A program made the translations under genes and the position numbers. Below, piece by piece: positions 35,654 to 48,144 of a stretch of 64,000 bases of DNA. Source of the DNA: Tricharina praecox (Eukaryota). The notes under the pieces are model-generated. The model made no database searches and was not told the origin of the DNA. It saw nothing but the letters and a program-made list of their open reading frames with translations. The DNA lies in the NCBI RefSeq assembly GCF_024521635.1, contig NW_026250451.1, positions 1-64,000 of the forward strand. Reading direction: 5' to 3'. Numbering within the stretch: position 1 is the stretch's first letter; every line of letters begins with the position of its first letter.

Positions 35654-37549
35654 TCAGATCATCGTGATAGGCACGCCATTGACTCTCGTGCACAGGACGG
35701 GACTACCAATCCCAATCTCCGCGGGTGACGGCGGGAGAGTACTCGCGTTCTCTTGCTCATCCGCACCGCCTTCCCTTGCCTCTTCACGGGCGGGGGGGAT
35801 ATGCGAGCCGGGAAAGTCCGAGTAAGCGGACGTGGCGAGGGGAGAGCTTCCAAACGTTGCGCGGCGGCCGCGGGAAGTGGAGCGGGAACGCGGAGATGTC
35901 CCCGGGAGGTGCGTCATGATCTGTGGGAGCGCCATGAACTCGGGCGGGAGCGTGGGCGAGAAGAGCGGGCGCTGTGGGCGCTTGCTGAGAATGTTTGCGC
36001 CTGCGGAGATGGAGAGGGAGAGGCGTGGGGGCGCGGCGGGGCCCGTGGTGGCGGGCGTGGCGGGTGTGCGGGTTATCTTTGGGGGCAGGGGCGAGGGCGC
36101 CGCGTCCATCGATGCGAGGAAGAGCTCTTCGTCTGGCGTTGGGGCGGGGAGTGGTGGCAGGGGCTCCTGGTCGTCGCCGACGGCGACGGGAGTGTAGTCC
36201 TTCTCCGAAGCGGCAGAGACCGTGGCGGGAGGGGAGGGACACTGCTGGATACGCTCCTCCTCCCCCTCCTGATCCACCTCCCGCTCCTCCTCCTCTAGTT
36301 CGGCCTCCGACTCCGTTGCAGCCCTCCACTCCTCAGTCCTCATGCGCCTCCTCAGCTGCTCGACGGCGCGCAACTCCGCGCGGGCCCTCTTCTCGACGGC
36401 GACCAGCTCCGCCTCCAACCTTCTTTGCAACATGCCGTCCACTCTGGCCCTATCCTGCGCGGCGATCTCCTCCTCCGCCAACCTCAGCCTCGCATGGAGC
36501 GCCGCAATCTCAACCGGACTAGCCCTGCGCATATGCGCCTTCTGCGCCTGGACACGGAGGCGATCCCGCTGCGTCTGGAGGGCGGTGGGGAGGATGGGCG
36601 TCTGCACTAGGTGCGACAGCGTGGCCGCGTACATTTCCTGCAGCGCGAGCAGGAACGACTTCTCGTTCTCGGCGAGCGCCGAGTGCAGCGGCGCGAGTGC
36701 CGCGGGGTACGCCCTGCGTGTCTGCAGTAGTCGCGTTTGCGCGGCCAGCAGCTCCGCGTCGTGCGCGAGGAGCGTGTATAGCACGTCTGTGTCCACGACG
36801 TCGACTGTCGGCGGCGAGCTCGCGCGAGGAGGCGTAGGGACAGGGGCTGGGGTCGGCGGCGCGCTGTCGCAGAAGCCGGTCTGCGAGAGCGGCGGGGTGG
36901 GGGCGAAGGGGGGGAAGGCTCCCGCGCGGGAGATGGCGGATGCAGGGCTCCAGAGTTCCGGCCGGTGCTGCGAGTGCTCTACGGCAGGGCTGCCGAATGT
37001 CGGCGAGGCGAGACTGGGGCGGCGGCCAGTGGCCCCGGCGTGGTGCCGCTTGGGCTTTCCGCCGATCACAGGGGTGTTGGGCAGGGAGACTCCGGGAGGA
37101 GATGATGGTGCTTCCCGTGAGGCCCACATGCGTTGGTATTTTCCTGGACGGCCCGAGTGGGCAGAACGCGGGAAGGCCGAGTACTGCGGCGAGTCGTCGT
37201 CTTCCTCGTCCGAGGAGCACGGGGAAAAGACAGAGCCCGAGGATTCCCGGACAGCGGAGGAGTCGTCGAGGAAGGTGACGCCCATGACTGGCGGCTTGAC
37301 GGCCAGCACTGGACGCGGGATGGCGCGAACCTGGGGCTGTGGTCGCGGAGAGCTGTTGAGCTTGGTCACCGGGACCGAGGACGCGATCGATGATGTGGGT
37401 GAGACGGGTGACATATTGTCGACTGTGGTCGTGGAAAAGGACGAGGCGGGTGCCAGGTAGGGAGAGTTACCGCGCGAGGCGGACATCTTGTTGGCTGTTG
37501 GGCTTTGCGATGATGAGCGGGAAGGCGGTGGGGAGAGCGGGAGGGACAT
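35654..37549 (-). CDS. Uncharacterised 631-aa Ser/Pro-rich protein with central coiled coil
   Basis: Single long ATG-initiated ORF with coding-like codon usage. The helical core (LALQEMYAATL...RLEAELVAVEKRARAELRAVEQLRRR) is flanked by low-complexity regions. Confidence 0.8.
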   Translation of the reverse strand: MSLPLSPPPSRSSSQSPTANKMSASRGNSPYLAPASSFSTTTVDNMSPVSPTSSIASSVPVTKLNSSPRPQPQVRAIPRPVLAVKPPVMGVTFLDDSSAVRESSGSVFSPCSSDEEDDDSPQYSAFPRSAHSGRPGKYQRMWASREAPSSPPGVSLPNTPVIGGKPKRHHAGATGRRPSLASPTFGSPAVEHSQHRPELWSPASAISRAGAFPPFAPTPPLSQTGFCDSAPPTPAPVPTPPRASSPPTVDVVDTDVLYTLLAHDAELLAAQTRLLQTRRAYPAALAPLHSALAENEKSFLLALQEMYAATLSHLVQTPILPTALQTQRDRLRVQAQKAHMRRASPVEIAALHARLRLAEEEIAAQDRARVDGMLQRRLEAELVAVEKRARAELRAVEQLRRRMRTEEWRAATESEAELEEEEREVDQEGEEERIQQCPSPPATVSAASEKDYTPVAVGDDQEPLPPLPAPTPDEELFLASMDAAPSPLPPKITRTPATPATTGPAAPPRLSLSISAGANILSKRPQRPLFSPTLPPEFMALPQIMTHLPGTSPRSRSTSRGRRATFGSSPLATSAYSDFPGSHIPPAREEAREGGADEQENASTLPPSPAEIGIGSPVLCTRVNGVPITMI

Positions 37550-40427
37550 TTGCAGGAGCGTAAGGTGTCTTTTTCTCTCTTTTTTTCTTCCCGAATGTGT
37601 ATGTACGTCGCACTATATGCAACTTCCCTGACTTTAAGGGTGAATGGGAGAATGAATCTGCGAGGGGGGTTTATTGTTTAATTTGCGTTGATTGATTACA
37701 GCTGCAACGTCTGTTCGGTGGAGTGAATGGCGGTATTAACGAAAGGCGAAAGCGAAAATATTGAACGATTAGAGAAAATGTGGCGATCGTCTTCTGGTAC
37801 CTGCCGGAAGAGCGCGTGTATTGGTGAAGATGAGTGGACTGAAGTTGAGTGTAATCTGTGTCGAGATTTGGCGATCAGGGACGTGCGAAGTAGATATACG
37901 ACCAGCAGCAGGTGGGGTGGTGGTGAGGCCGGGTGCGTAGACAATCTTTAGCGCCTGGGTCAGCACCACTGCTTCATGCGCGGCACGGTTGTAGACAAAC
38001 AACACCAACACGCCGCACCGCCGCCGCCACCGATCTGGCGGGGTATGTGGTAATCGTTGGAGTACGGTGAGAAGGAGAAGGAGAACAAGAAGAAGGAGGG
38101 ATGCAAGCACTCACTATTCCCAAAGAGTGCGAAACAGCGCTGCCAGCTGCTATTCTACAGTATGGTACCGGTACGTACCGCGTGCAGCGTGCAGCGAGCC
38201 GCCGGAGAATGCGTTATGATCGAGGCTTGGAGAAATACGGTTGGTCAGGGCGGCCACTGTCAATCAGTCAATAGCCCCGCGTGCTTCTATCACTCTTCGC
38301 CGGTGCTATAGTACTATAGTAGATATCGTACAATAGGGCGACAACCGTCGTCGTTGGAATCGTCGGAATCAGGAGATGCAGGAGAAGAATGCAGTGGGAA
38401 GGGGTGAGGAATCGACCTGTCTGGCGTGAGTGGGGAAGAAGGAGAAAGAACAGCAGCAGTTCGCGGCGGGGATTATATGAAACGCTTTACAGAGGAAGAG
38501 GAGGAGAGAGAGATATGGAATGCCGCCTGCAACGCGTCCAATATCAGCCACGAGCCAACCACATCCCACGGCCGCCGCTGATGGATTGGCCGCGATAGTA
38601 AGGCCGACTGGCTATTGACTCTGCGGATCGATAGATTGAAACGTGGACGGCTGTCCAGCCATCGCCTAGCTTCGGATATCTTGCCCCTGGCCACTCCGCC
38701 CTTTCGCCTTCAGCTTATGGCGGTCGTGATTCGCCTCACTCGCTCGGCAGCGGTTTGATTGAAACCGACACATCGCGGCCACGAGTGGAGCGCCTCCGTG
38801 CAGATCCATCGCATCGCATCTGTCCGCTCGAATTTGCAGCGGTGCCACCGAGGTCCGGTCGGTCCGGAGTCGGAGCAGCGCAGCGAACGTGTACTTGGCT
38901 GCAGGCGGGAGAGGACTCAGTGCTCACTGGCTAGTGGTGACTGCTCAGAGGAGAACTGCATGTCTCTAAAATTAAACACGTCTCTCGGCGCACAGGAGAA
39001 TATCCCGGGGCGGATTCTGTGCATGGCGATAGTACAGGGGCCGGAATCAGTCTTCTTGGGCGGGGATGTTGTACCTGGAGCGCTTTCTTTTGGCGACCAG
39101 GACTGGTCCGGGCGGTTAGCGGGGGTGGCGGGCGGTAAAGCTGCAATCCGCCGTGTGATTGGCTGCAGATGTGCTGGGAGTGGTTGGCCGGACTCGGAGT
39201 AACCAACTAGAGGCCAGCACATAAGGCATGCTCAATTCGAGACTCTTATGTTCGTTTACTAGCAGAGCACAGCGGAGCAGATTAGAGTGGAATAGACTCA
39301 TTGAGTAGGAATTATGTACTTCGAAGTTGGCTGGATCTGGGCCGGATGTATTTTGAGCGACGAACGTTGAAGCCCCGGCCACAAGTGTAACGGCCATAAA
39401 CGCTGCTAATTACCCCGTAATGGTCCTAAACACTGCTAATTACCCCGCATGCGGCAATGGACGTGGCATCACCCGATGCGGACCATTAGCTGCAATTATG
39501 TTGCTATGTTGGGAGGAGCCGACTCGATGTTTGCCGATGAAACGGTCCAATGCTTCAGACCGCACACTCTCTCCGCTTGCGACTGCGCATGTGGCTCTTG
39601 ATGAAGCCATTTGCCCTCCAGACGTCATCTCGTCGTTCAACTCGCTGGCCATCCACTCGTACATAGCTGCTAGCCAGCCCCTCCGCCAGCTCGCTAAAAT
39701 CGCCTCGTTTCGTCTTGCAGGCAAGAATAGCATCCATCCCCATGCCTTACTGAGATGCCGACCCACAGTGGCCGCAGAGAATGTGCTTCCGAGTGTTGAG
39801 GCCTTCCAATCTCGCGGGGCAGCGAGTGCAGATTTGCAATTCTGATACGCCTGCCCACCCAGCCCAGCGCGGGGCCGAAGAATCCCCCGCTAGCACATCC
39901 ATCCACTCATCACTCGTGCCCTGGAAGGCTGCTGGGACTGGCATCTGATACCTGCGCCTGCTACTGGTCCAGGCGCCATATGGGCCTGCAGATGAAGCAG
40001 TTAACACCGCCGTCTCCCTCCTCTCCTTCATACTTCGTTTCGTTTTCTGTTCCTGTTCCTTTGTTTCCTACGTTCGCCTTTTTTTCTTCTCTTCTCTTCT
40101 TTTCCTGTATCTCCTTTTTTCCTTTGTAGGTTTTTTTCCTTACTTCTTTTCTTTACGGTTTCCTTATTGTTTACATTTCCTTCCGACGATCCTTCTGAAG
40201 ATCCATTTATCTGCCACTTGAGGTCAGTAATAAAACATCCCGCTGTGCATGGAACGCCGCCTACGCACATAGGATTAAACATCTTCCGAGTTGGACTGAC
40301 ATTCATATCGTAGCTAGTCATCAAGCATACACTTCATAAACATCAAACCCACAACCACCACGAGCAGTTGACCTCTCGAACCACCGACTATATATACCTG
40401 ACAGCGGTGTTGACCACCCATCACTCA

Positions 40428-41753
40428 ATGCATTCATTCCAATCTCTCATCGCCTTCATCGTCCTACTTTCCTTAATCCTCACCAGCACAACCCACGCCT
40501 CCGCGATACCAGCACCCACTCCACGCAACACTCTCGTCCCGCGGCAGCTAATCTCGACCTCCGCGGCGTCGAACACATGCCAGGACTCGGGCAGCACGGC
40601 CTGCAACATCACCGGCGCGAGTTTCTGCTGCCCGGCCCAAACCGAGTGCATCCCATTAGAAAACAACACGGCAGTGATCTGCTGCAACGTCGACGAGATC
40701 TGCGCGGAGATCCACCCGATCGCATGTCCAGCCGTACAGGACTCGGCCAAGCCGCAGCCCACATGCGGCAGCGAATGTTGCCCCTTCGGCTTCGAGTGCG
40801 ATCCCGCCGGGAATAAGTGCCTGATGAAGCAGGAGAACCTGCCAGAGAAGTACAAGGAGAGCGGGAAACCGGTGCCCAGCGCCGCACCGGTGGTGGGGGG
40901 TGGCGGCAGCGGCACGGATGAGGACGCAACGCCCGCACCCTCGTCGCCCAGTAACACCGCCACGCCGCTGCTCGGCGCGGAATCGGGCCGCAGCAGCGAC
41001 TCCTCGTCGTGCGCGGACTTCCCCGCCAAGGCGATTGTCGTGGGCTTCTTCCCGGGGATGGTCGCGGGCGTCGCGCTGCTGCTGCTGTGGACTCGCCTGG
41101 TCGAGGCGCGCACCCGCCGCCGCTCGATAAAGTCCTTCGGCGCGTTCACTAACTTCCCGTCCGAAGCGAACTTGACCGAGAAGGCCTCGTCCGTGACGAA
41201 GAAGCCGAGCTTCCCGATCGGCTTTGTCGTGCAGCCGCCGACGATGCAGCAGCCCTCCGGCAGCAGCAACAACGGCAATGGAAGCAACAACAAGATGACC
41301 TACTCCCCCATGAGCGCCTCCTTCCGCTCTCCCAACCTCGGGCCGATAATCTTCCCGCTCTCGCCGCCGTCGCACGCCGCCACACCCAACACCGAGCACT
41401 TCACCCGCCTAGCCCCGCGCCCGGCCTCCCGGGAGCGCAGCGACCGCGAGCACGACCAGAACCGGGACTCCTACGCCGTGTCCGCGATCTCGATCGCCTA
41501 CTCGGACAGCGCGCTGCCTCCGCCGGCGCCTTTGCACGTAGTTCACGCGCGGCACCCGAAGCGACACAGCGCCGAGACGGGATACAGTGCGAGCGTGTAT
41601 AACGATGGGAACGAGAGCCGCCCGTTTGTTCTCGACACTAGGAATGAAGTCGCTATTCCCCCCATTCCGAAACCGGCGCCGCTGTTTTATCGTAAGTTTG
41701 GGGGCCCCATGCCGCGGCCGCCGGTGGTGGGGTGGGAGGGGGGGAGGGTTTGA
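40428..41753 (+). CDS. Type I single-pass membrane protein with Cys-rich ectodomain (sensor-like, uncharacterised)
   Basis: Signal peptide MHSFQSLIAFIVLLSLILTSTTHASA; Cys-rich domain (FCCPAQTECIPLENNTAVICC...CGSECCPFGFEC); TM helix AIVVGFFPGMVAGVALLLLW followed by basic RTRRRS; Pro/Ser-rich cytoplasmic tail. Confidence 0.85.
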   Translation: MHSFQSLIAFIVLLSLILTSTTHASAIPAPTPRNTLVPRQLISTSAASNTCQDSGSTACNITGASFCCPAQTECIPLENNTAVICCNVDEICAEIHPIACPAVQDSAKPQPTCGSECCPFGFECDPAGNKCLMKQENLPEKYKESGKPVPSAAPVVGGGGSGTDEDATPAPSSPSNTATPLLGAESGRSSDSSSCADFPAKAIVVGFFPGMVAGVALLLLWTRLVEARTRRRSIKSFGAFTNFPSEANLTEKASSVTKKPSFPIGFVVQPPTMQQPSGSSNNGNGSNNKMTYSPMSASFRSPNLGPIIFPLSPPSHAATPNTEHFTRLAPRPASRERSDREHDQNRDSYAVSAISIAYSDSALPPPAPLHVVHARHPKRHSAETGYSASVYNDGNESRPFVLDTRNEVAIPPIPKPAPLFYRKFGGPMPRPPVVGWEGGRV

Positions 41754-42970
41754 AAATTTTGAAGGGGAATCTGCATAGCGATGGTTTTTCTGCATTGGTT
41801 GGTTTTGGTTTTGGTTTTGGTTTTGGTTTTGGTTTTGTATAGCGGCATAGCGTGGTTTTTTGTTTCTCTTCGTTTTTGTTTCTCTTCGTTTTTGTTTCTC
41901 TCCGGTTTCTTCGGCTGGCGTTTTGATTTCTCGTTCTCGTTCTTTTTCTTTCTGTTTCATTGCATTGCATCCCATCGTTCGAGTCTGGCACTTTTTTTTT
42001 TCCCGTTCACTGATTATCACTCCGACGAGCTCTCTTTACGCTTTCTACCTCCCTTCCTTCCCTTGCAAGTTGTTCTTTGGTACAGTCCGTACTTGTGCTG
42101 GACGCCATCCTGCTTTCTTGCGTACTCCTTACTTACTTATTCGTTACCGGTTTATCTTATTTTTCTTGGTCTATGGCGGTGGTGGTGGTGGTGGTGGTGG
42201 TAGTTTCGCACTCATTTGGCGGTCGGTGGAGATGGGGGCGGAGGTGGATGGAGTGTAGGGGTGGAGTGCGGAGGTGGTTTGTGAAGGTGGATGAAAGCAC
42301 AGTGGGGTGGGGGCAGAGTGGAGGTAGGGACAGAGTGATGGGCTGTGCTGGATTGGCGGGTGTAGCTAAGTAACTAGAAACGAATGCTACCTAGTGAAGG
42401 GAATCATCAAATTGATTATTGACCCCGCGAGTCGCAATATCGAGTTCTTCCAAGCCTAGAAGCGTGATCCATCTCGCATGATCCATCCGAATATTACCCA
42501 GTACTTGTAGTGTTCGATGTGGCTTGCTCGCCCCCGAAGCTGCTACGGCTTCAGACTCACGCCGGTACGGCGGTAGGTGTATCAAAAGGAAGGAAAGTAA
42601 AAAAAAGTGCGGCCGCCGTTGTGGATCTTACTACCTACATATGTACCTACCTACATAATTCATCCGACCTGCTCTCATACTCAGACCATGTGACTTCCTA
42701 TGACTCCAGCTCGGAAGTACCTTTCTGGCGGAGTGATATTCTGTGATCTGCCTTCTCACCTACTGTGAATAGCCTTACCACCATGCATGACCTTACCAAC
42801 GCCCATTCACCGCGAACTCACGCTGCTACATTCTACAGGTCATCGATCACTTGGTATTCAAGTACACCTACTCATCTCATTTCATCTTGTCCCGTCCCGT
42901 TCTGTTGTGTCCTGTTGTGTCCTTCATGGGAAAGTGGTCTGACTCTGCACATTCAACACTCGCGCTCCAT

Positions 42971-43110
42971 TCACTCTTCATCCTTACGTGCGCAACAACC
43001 GGCTTCTCACTCTTCATCCTCACGGCGTGTGCAACAATCGGCTTCACTCCCTTCATCCTCACAGAGTCACCACGGGCAACAATCGGCTTCACACTTCTTC
43101 ACTTCTTCAT
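42971..43110. repeat. Minisatellite, 3-4 degenerate copies of a 36-45-bp unit
   Basis: TCACTCTTCATCCT...GCAACAATCGGCT recurs at about 42971, 43007, 43044 and 43089. Confidence 0.75.
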
Positions 43111-43457
43111 TCCATCCATCATTCCCTCCATCCCCAAGAACTTCCCCGAGCAAGTAAATACAGAAAAATAACCACAGGAAATCCCACAGGAAATCCCACA
43201 TCTGGCAACCAAAAACAACGGAATCAAGGGTATCAACGAAACGAGAAGTTAAAGAAAGGTACAAGAAGTAGTATGTAAGAAAGTAAAAGTCGCGCAGCAC
43301 CCTATGCCGCCCTGCCGCCCCGCCTTCAGGCAGAAAATAAACAAAAAAAAGATGACCCAAAGCGAAAGCCAAAGACAAAAAACTCCGTAACCCGTGCTAC
43401 CAACCAACAACCAACCACAAAGCACAAAGCAAAGAAAATAACCCCCTCAAAATGCAC

Positions 43458-45555
43458 TCATCTCCAATAAACCGGCAAACCACCCTCAACGCCATCCAGA
43501 TCCAGCACCATAGCGGCGGGCGCACTGCTACCCTCGCCGGGATCGACATCGAGTCCTGGCGGTAAACTCTCGTGCGCCAGAAGCCGCTGCCGTTCCCGCT
43601 CCGCCTTGTCCACCACTACCACCCCTCCTTCCTCGCCATTCCCGCTTTCTCCGTGCTCACTCGACTCATCCTCCAGAACCGTGGCTAAAGGCGCGGAAGC
43701 ACCAGCGATCGCGACGTCCTCCATTGTTGGCTCCGACGGTGCAGCTTCCGGTGCCGACGGCAGTAGCGTGCTTTCCGACATGCGTAGTTGCGCTTTCGAA
43801 TCCGTCGGCGGTTGGTGATTCGACTGTTGCCAGGCGGGATCGTATTCGGGGGCCTGCTGGGACGACGACGACGGCGGGGACTGCGGCGGCGGCGACGAAA
43901 CCTCAGGACTCCGTAATGATGCGACACTCCGCCTCCTTCCACCGATGCTATCGGCCGGAACCGCGGTGATGGCATCGTTATCCGCCGCCATCGACACCGT
44001 CTTCGACAACCGCCCCTTCCTCCCGACGCTATCGACACTTCCAACGATCACCTCGAACTTGCAGCTGACCACGCTCCTTTCCCGCCGGCGCACGTGTTCC
44101 GTCTCGATCATGACGCCCCCCTCGACGCTGAGTACCCCGTTGCCTCCGCCGCCGCCGCTACCACCTCCGCCGCCAGCCTTCGAAAAGTCCGCCTCCACTC
44201 CTCCGGCCGGTCTCGGGAACCCCGGCACCACGGCCGAGAACAGGTCCTCGCGCCCGTTGAGCTTTCCGCCCAGATCCATCACCACCTCGACCCAGTACCT
44301 AAACTCGACCGCACCACCGGGGACATTCGTGATGGTGGGGAACACGTCCTCGGGCACCCTTAGGCTCGCCTTGACCTCGGCGGTGAGCGTTTCGGGATCG
44401 ATGATGATGGGACATATGGTCTGGGCGAGATCCTTCCTGAAGGTGCTGGCCGCCGGCAGTACCGTCACCCCGTTCTTGCCCTTCTCCAGCGTGATGTCGT
44501 CGAGATCGCCAGCGGGGTCTAGCCGCGTCTGGCGCATCAACGTCAGTATGATGCCGTTCAGGCTCTTGACGCGTTTCGTGTGTTGTATCGAGATCTTTAC
44601 ACCGACGCTCTCGCCACGCAGCGCGCCCGCGTTCAGGAGCTCCACCGTCGCGGTGATGGGTGCCTTGTCGCGGACGGACTTTTCGCTGGGTGCTGTCAGG
44701 GTATCGTGGAGGTTTCCGACGGAACTCGACGGAGTGGAGGAGATGGTGGAGGGTGAGCAGGAGCGTGGGTGCGAAGACTTTTTCGAATTTCGGTGCGGAT
44801 GTCGCGACACCGGCTCGAGCCTGATGACCCGGGGCTTCGGTAGGGGATATAGCGCGATATCGATCGTGTCCATCATCGAGATCTTGGCGCAAGATGTGCT
44901 GGTGGGGGTGACGCTATTCGGCCGTGTGATCGTCGCCGATACGGTGTAGGATATTGAGCCCTTCTCAAACTGGTAGTCCGGCCATCCAAGGTCAGCCCTG
45001 CGTTCTGTCGCCGAGTAAAAAGGGGGGGATGGGGGGTAGTAGTGGTAGTGGGAAGGGACGGGTATGTACATCTATGCTCGTCGGTAGACCGCCACCCAAG
45101 CCCGGGAGCTTGCAGAATTCCAGCTCGAAGCCAAACTTGTACACCCCCGGTTCCAGCCTGCCCTCCCCGCACAGCACCAGCTCGTCCCGACAGATGCTCA
45201 GGATGCCGCCGTCGGCGCCGTCCCCCGTCGCGGCGGCGGAATGTACCGCCCACTCGCTCTTGCCGCGTTTCCGGCCACTGGGCTCCCGCATTGACGTCTG
45301 CACGTCGACGCGACCGATTAGCGACACGGTGAGGTGGGTCAGTGGTAGAGGTCGCTCGACGGTGACGCACACGAAGCCGGCGACGAAATCAGTCGGGGAA
45401 TAGACGCGGTGCGGATCGTTGAGTTGGACATGGAAGTCGGTTAGCGATCGGCGCGGCGATCGCAGGGAGAGCAGTGAGGTTTTCGACCGTATGCGACGAA
45501 GGAACGAGCGGGCCGACGGAGAGGAGGACGAAAATGTTGTAGCTGTCGACGCCAT
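43458..45555 (-). CDS. palF: pH-response regulator PalF/RIM8 (arrestin-like adaptor)
   Basis: Exons 45555-45070 and 44969-43458 (intron 44970-45069). Arrestin-N motifs FHVQLNDPHRVYSP, ELVLCGEGRLEPGVYKFGFELEF, LPTSIDFEKGSISY. Arrestin-C motifs FRKDLAQTICPIIIDP, VPEDVFPTI. C-terminal DKAERERQRLLAHESLPP and terminal LPVY (PY-like). Confidence 0.92.
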
Positions 45556-48106
45556 GGCTCGGTATCGGTTGGTGGGCAGGAGGAGGGTGGCTGCCAGGGG
45601 AGGATAAAGGAGTAGGAGGATGAGGAGCGATGAGGACTGGGAGGGGGGGTACTGGGTTGCCTCCAACCACGAGGGAGGTTTGGGCGATCGCGAGCCCCTC
45701 AGGCAGTGTCTAGGATTTTTTGTTCAATATATTGCGGGGATGTCTCCGTGAAGGCAGTTTCGGCGCCGAGAGGGAAGGGTAACACAGTCGATGGCAATGG
45801 TGGGGGAGGAGGTCGGGGAGGAGGTCGGCAACAAGTAACAGGTAGTAGATAGTAAGGAGCAGGGAGCAGGGTGGAGGAGTAGAAAGCCAAGAATGCTGTG
45901 AGTCGGGCACTCGCAATAAATGTGGCGGGCGGTAGAATTCAAGGTAGGATGGAGGGACAAAGTCTATGTGGATGTGGGGGGGGGGGGGGATGAAATCTAT
46001 AGAGACGCGGCGTTAAAGTGGGAGGGAAGGAAGGAAGGAAGATGGGCGAGCTGGGGCCGGGAAAGCTAAGGGGTTCTCTGGGATTGCCCGGGGGTCGAGG
46101 GGGTAGTTATTTTTCGACCAGGGAGGTGGGGGTAGTGGCAGCGTCGCGAAAAGAGCTTCTTTTTTTTTCTCCTTGTTTCTACTGGGGATGTTGAAGATGA
46201 CGACTGTCTCGGCCGATGCAGATAATTGCTTGATTGATGTTTTGAGATGCTTGGTATGTTCGGTCGGGGTGGGATTATTGTTGCAGGCAGAGTTGTGTGT
46301 GCCGAGAGAGCGTGCGGGTATAGATAGTACTAGGTAATAGTTCCAAGTGCCGCGCCGTTTACTTTGGCAGTCGATGGAGAAGTGGAGAGAGGGTGGTGAG
46401 GGTGGTGAGGGTGGTGAGGATTTGAGGGTGGTGAGGGTGGTGAGGATTTGAGGGTGGTCGGGAGTGAGGATTGGCTGGGTGGTTGAAGGGGGGGGGGGGA
46501 TGATGAGCGGCTGACTGGGGGGTTGAGGGGGAGGGGGCTGAAGAAGATCGGAAGCGGGCGCCGGCAGTAGCGGATTGATATCGATGCAAGGAGGCGGAAC
46601 TGTCGATGCTGCGACAGATGACAGGACGAGGGCAGGAGGAACGAGGAGGAGGCCGGGGAGAAAGGCGAGATGAATAGCCAGACGGCGTTCACGCTGACGA
46701 TGGTTAACGGGCCACGCGGGAGATGGGGATGAAGAAGCGAGGTCGGAACGAGAGAAGAATGGGAATACAAGGAACGAGACAGGCAAAAAGTGCGCGGAGG
46801 AGAAGTACTCGGTAGCAATTAAAAAGGCACGGGGGGAATATAGTGGTGGTGATGATCCGAGGGAGAGTAGAGTAGTGGTGGTGTGTAGACTGTGGAGTGT
46901 ATGGATCGAATCGAAAGCCAGAGCAGCACAGCTATTTTTCGTCGTCTCCCCTCACGAGCCGAATCGAGGTCTTGCGAGTAAGTGAGATGTATGTATCAGC
47001 CAGCCAGCGGCACAGCGCGAGAAGCGTGAGAAGCTTGAAAGTTGTGCGGTGGTGGTGGTGGTGGTGGTTTAGGAGATGCCTGCCCTGTTTGCGTATGCAC
47101 GCTACGTTGTGGGGTGGAGTGTGTGGGTTGGTGTGTGGGTTGCCGCCAGTCCCAATCGACAGTAATCAATGTCTGTCACTGGAGGCCGAGGATCCAGAGA
47201 GCCGGGATGGAAGGGGGAGAGAAGGGGGGAAGATGATGGAGGAGTCTGTGTTCTCTCTCAGAGGAGATGGGAGGGAAAGAACGGAACACGACGAAACTGA
47301 TGATGATGACGACGACGATGGTGGTGACAGTGATGACGATGATGATGGCAACACCGAAAAGTACTCGATCGGTGGTGGTGGTGAACCGACAGCCGAACCG
47401 AGTTGAACGATGGTGCTGATGAATCGGAATCGATGCACAGGGGGGGCAGCTGACTGAGGGAGCGGGGGTGCGACGGGAGGATATTCGATGTTCGGCGAGA
47501 AGTGCTCTCTACTCCGTCGAGTCGGTAGAGTATGCTTGCTCTGTTCCTTCGTCGAGTCGCCATGCAACCGCTGGAGCCGCCAACAAGTATCCCCTCACTC
47601 GGTCTATTCACGGGGGATTTCGCTTTACTTTGTTATTCGATCAGGGTGGACAACCATCCGAGACTGCAGGCAGAGTAGCGGCCGACGGTGTAGAAGGAGC
47701 AGTCTTTCTCGAAGCTCGAGCAGGTGTATCTCCAGGCTTCCACGATTCTGCACTTCCCCCTTCCCGACGATACCGATCGATAGTGATAGCGAAAGCGGTA
47801 GTTGACGATCGTTGTGGTGGTGGTGGAAACGACAATCGAGGCTGAGCAGAGTAATAATTTGCTCGGCGCGGCGCGAGGTATGTCCGTCTGGATGTAGAGT
47901 AGGCTTCGGACGCGTGGGAAAAAGCTTGTCCGTGTTCCAAGACGCTTGGCGGAGCGGACGGGTGGTGGGCGATGCTTGGCTCTTTAAGGCACCTGGCACA
48001 CACACACCGAACCACGCTCGCCTCACCCTCACCGCTCTCGCTCTCCCGGCGCGGAGGAAACTCGGAAGGACGAGGAAGAGGGGGTCTCGTTAACCTGGAG
48101 GGCACG

Positions 48107-48144
<38 letters not shown>

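Noticed and set aside
42971..43110. CRISPR-like array
   Set aside because: Eukaryotic context, degenerate repeats, very short related spacers and no cas genes.
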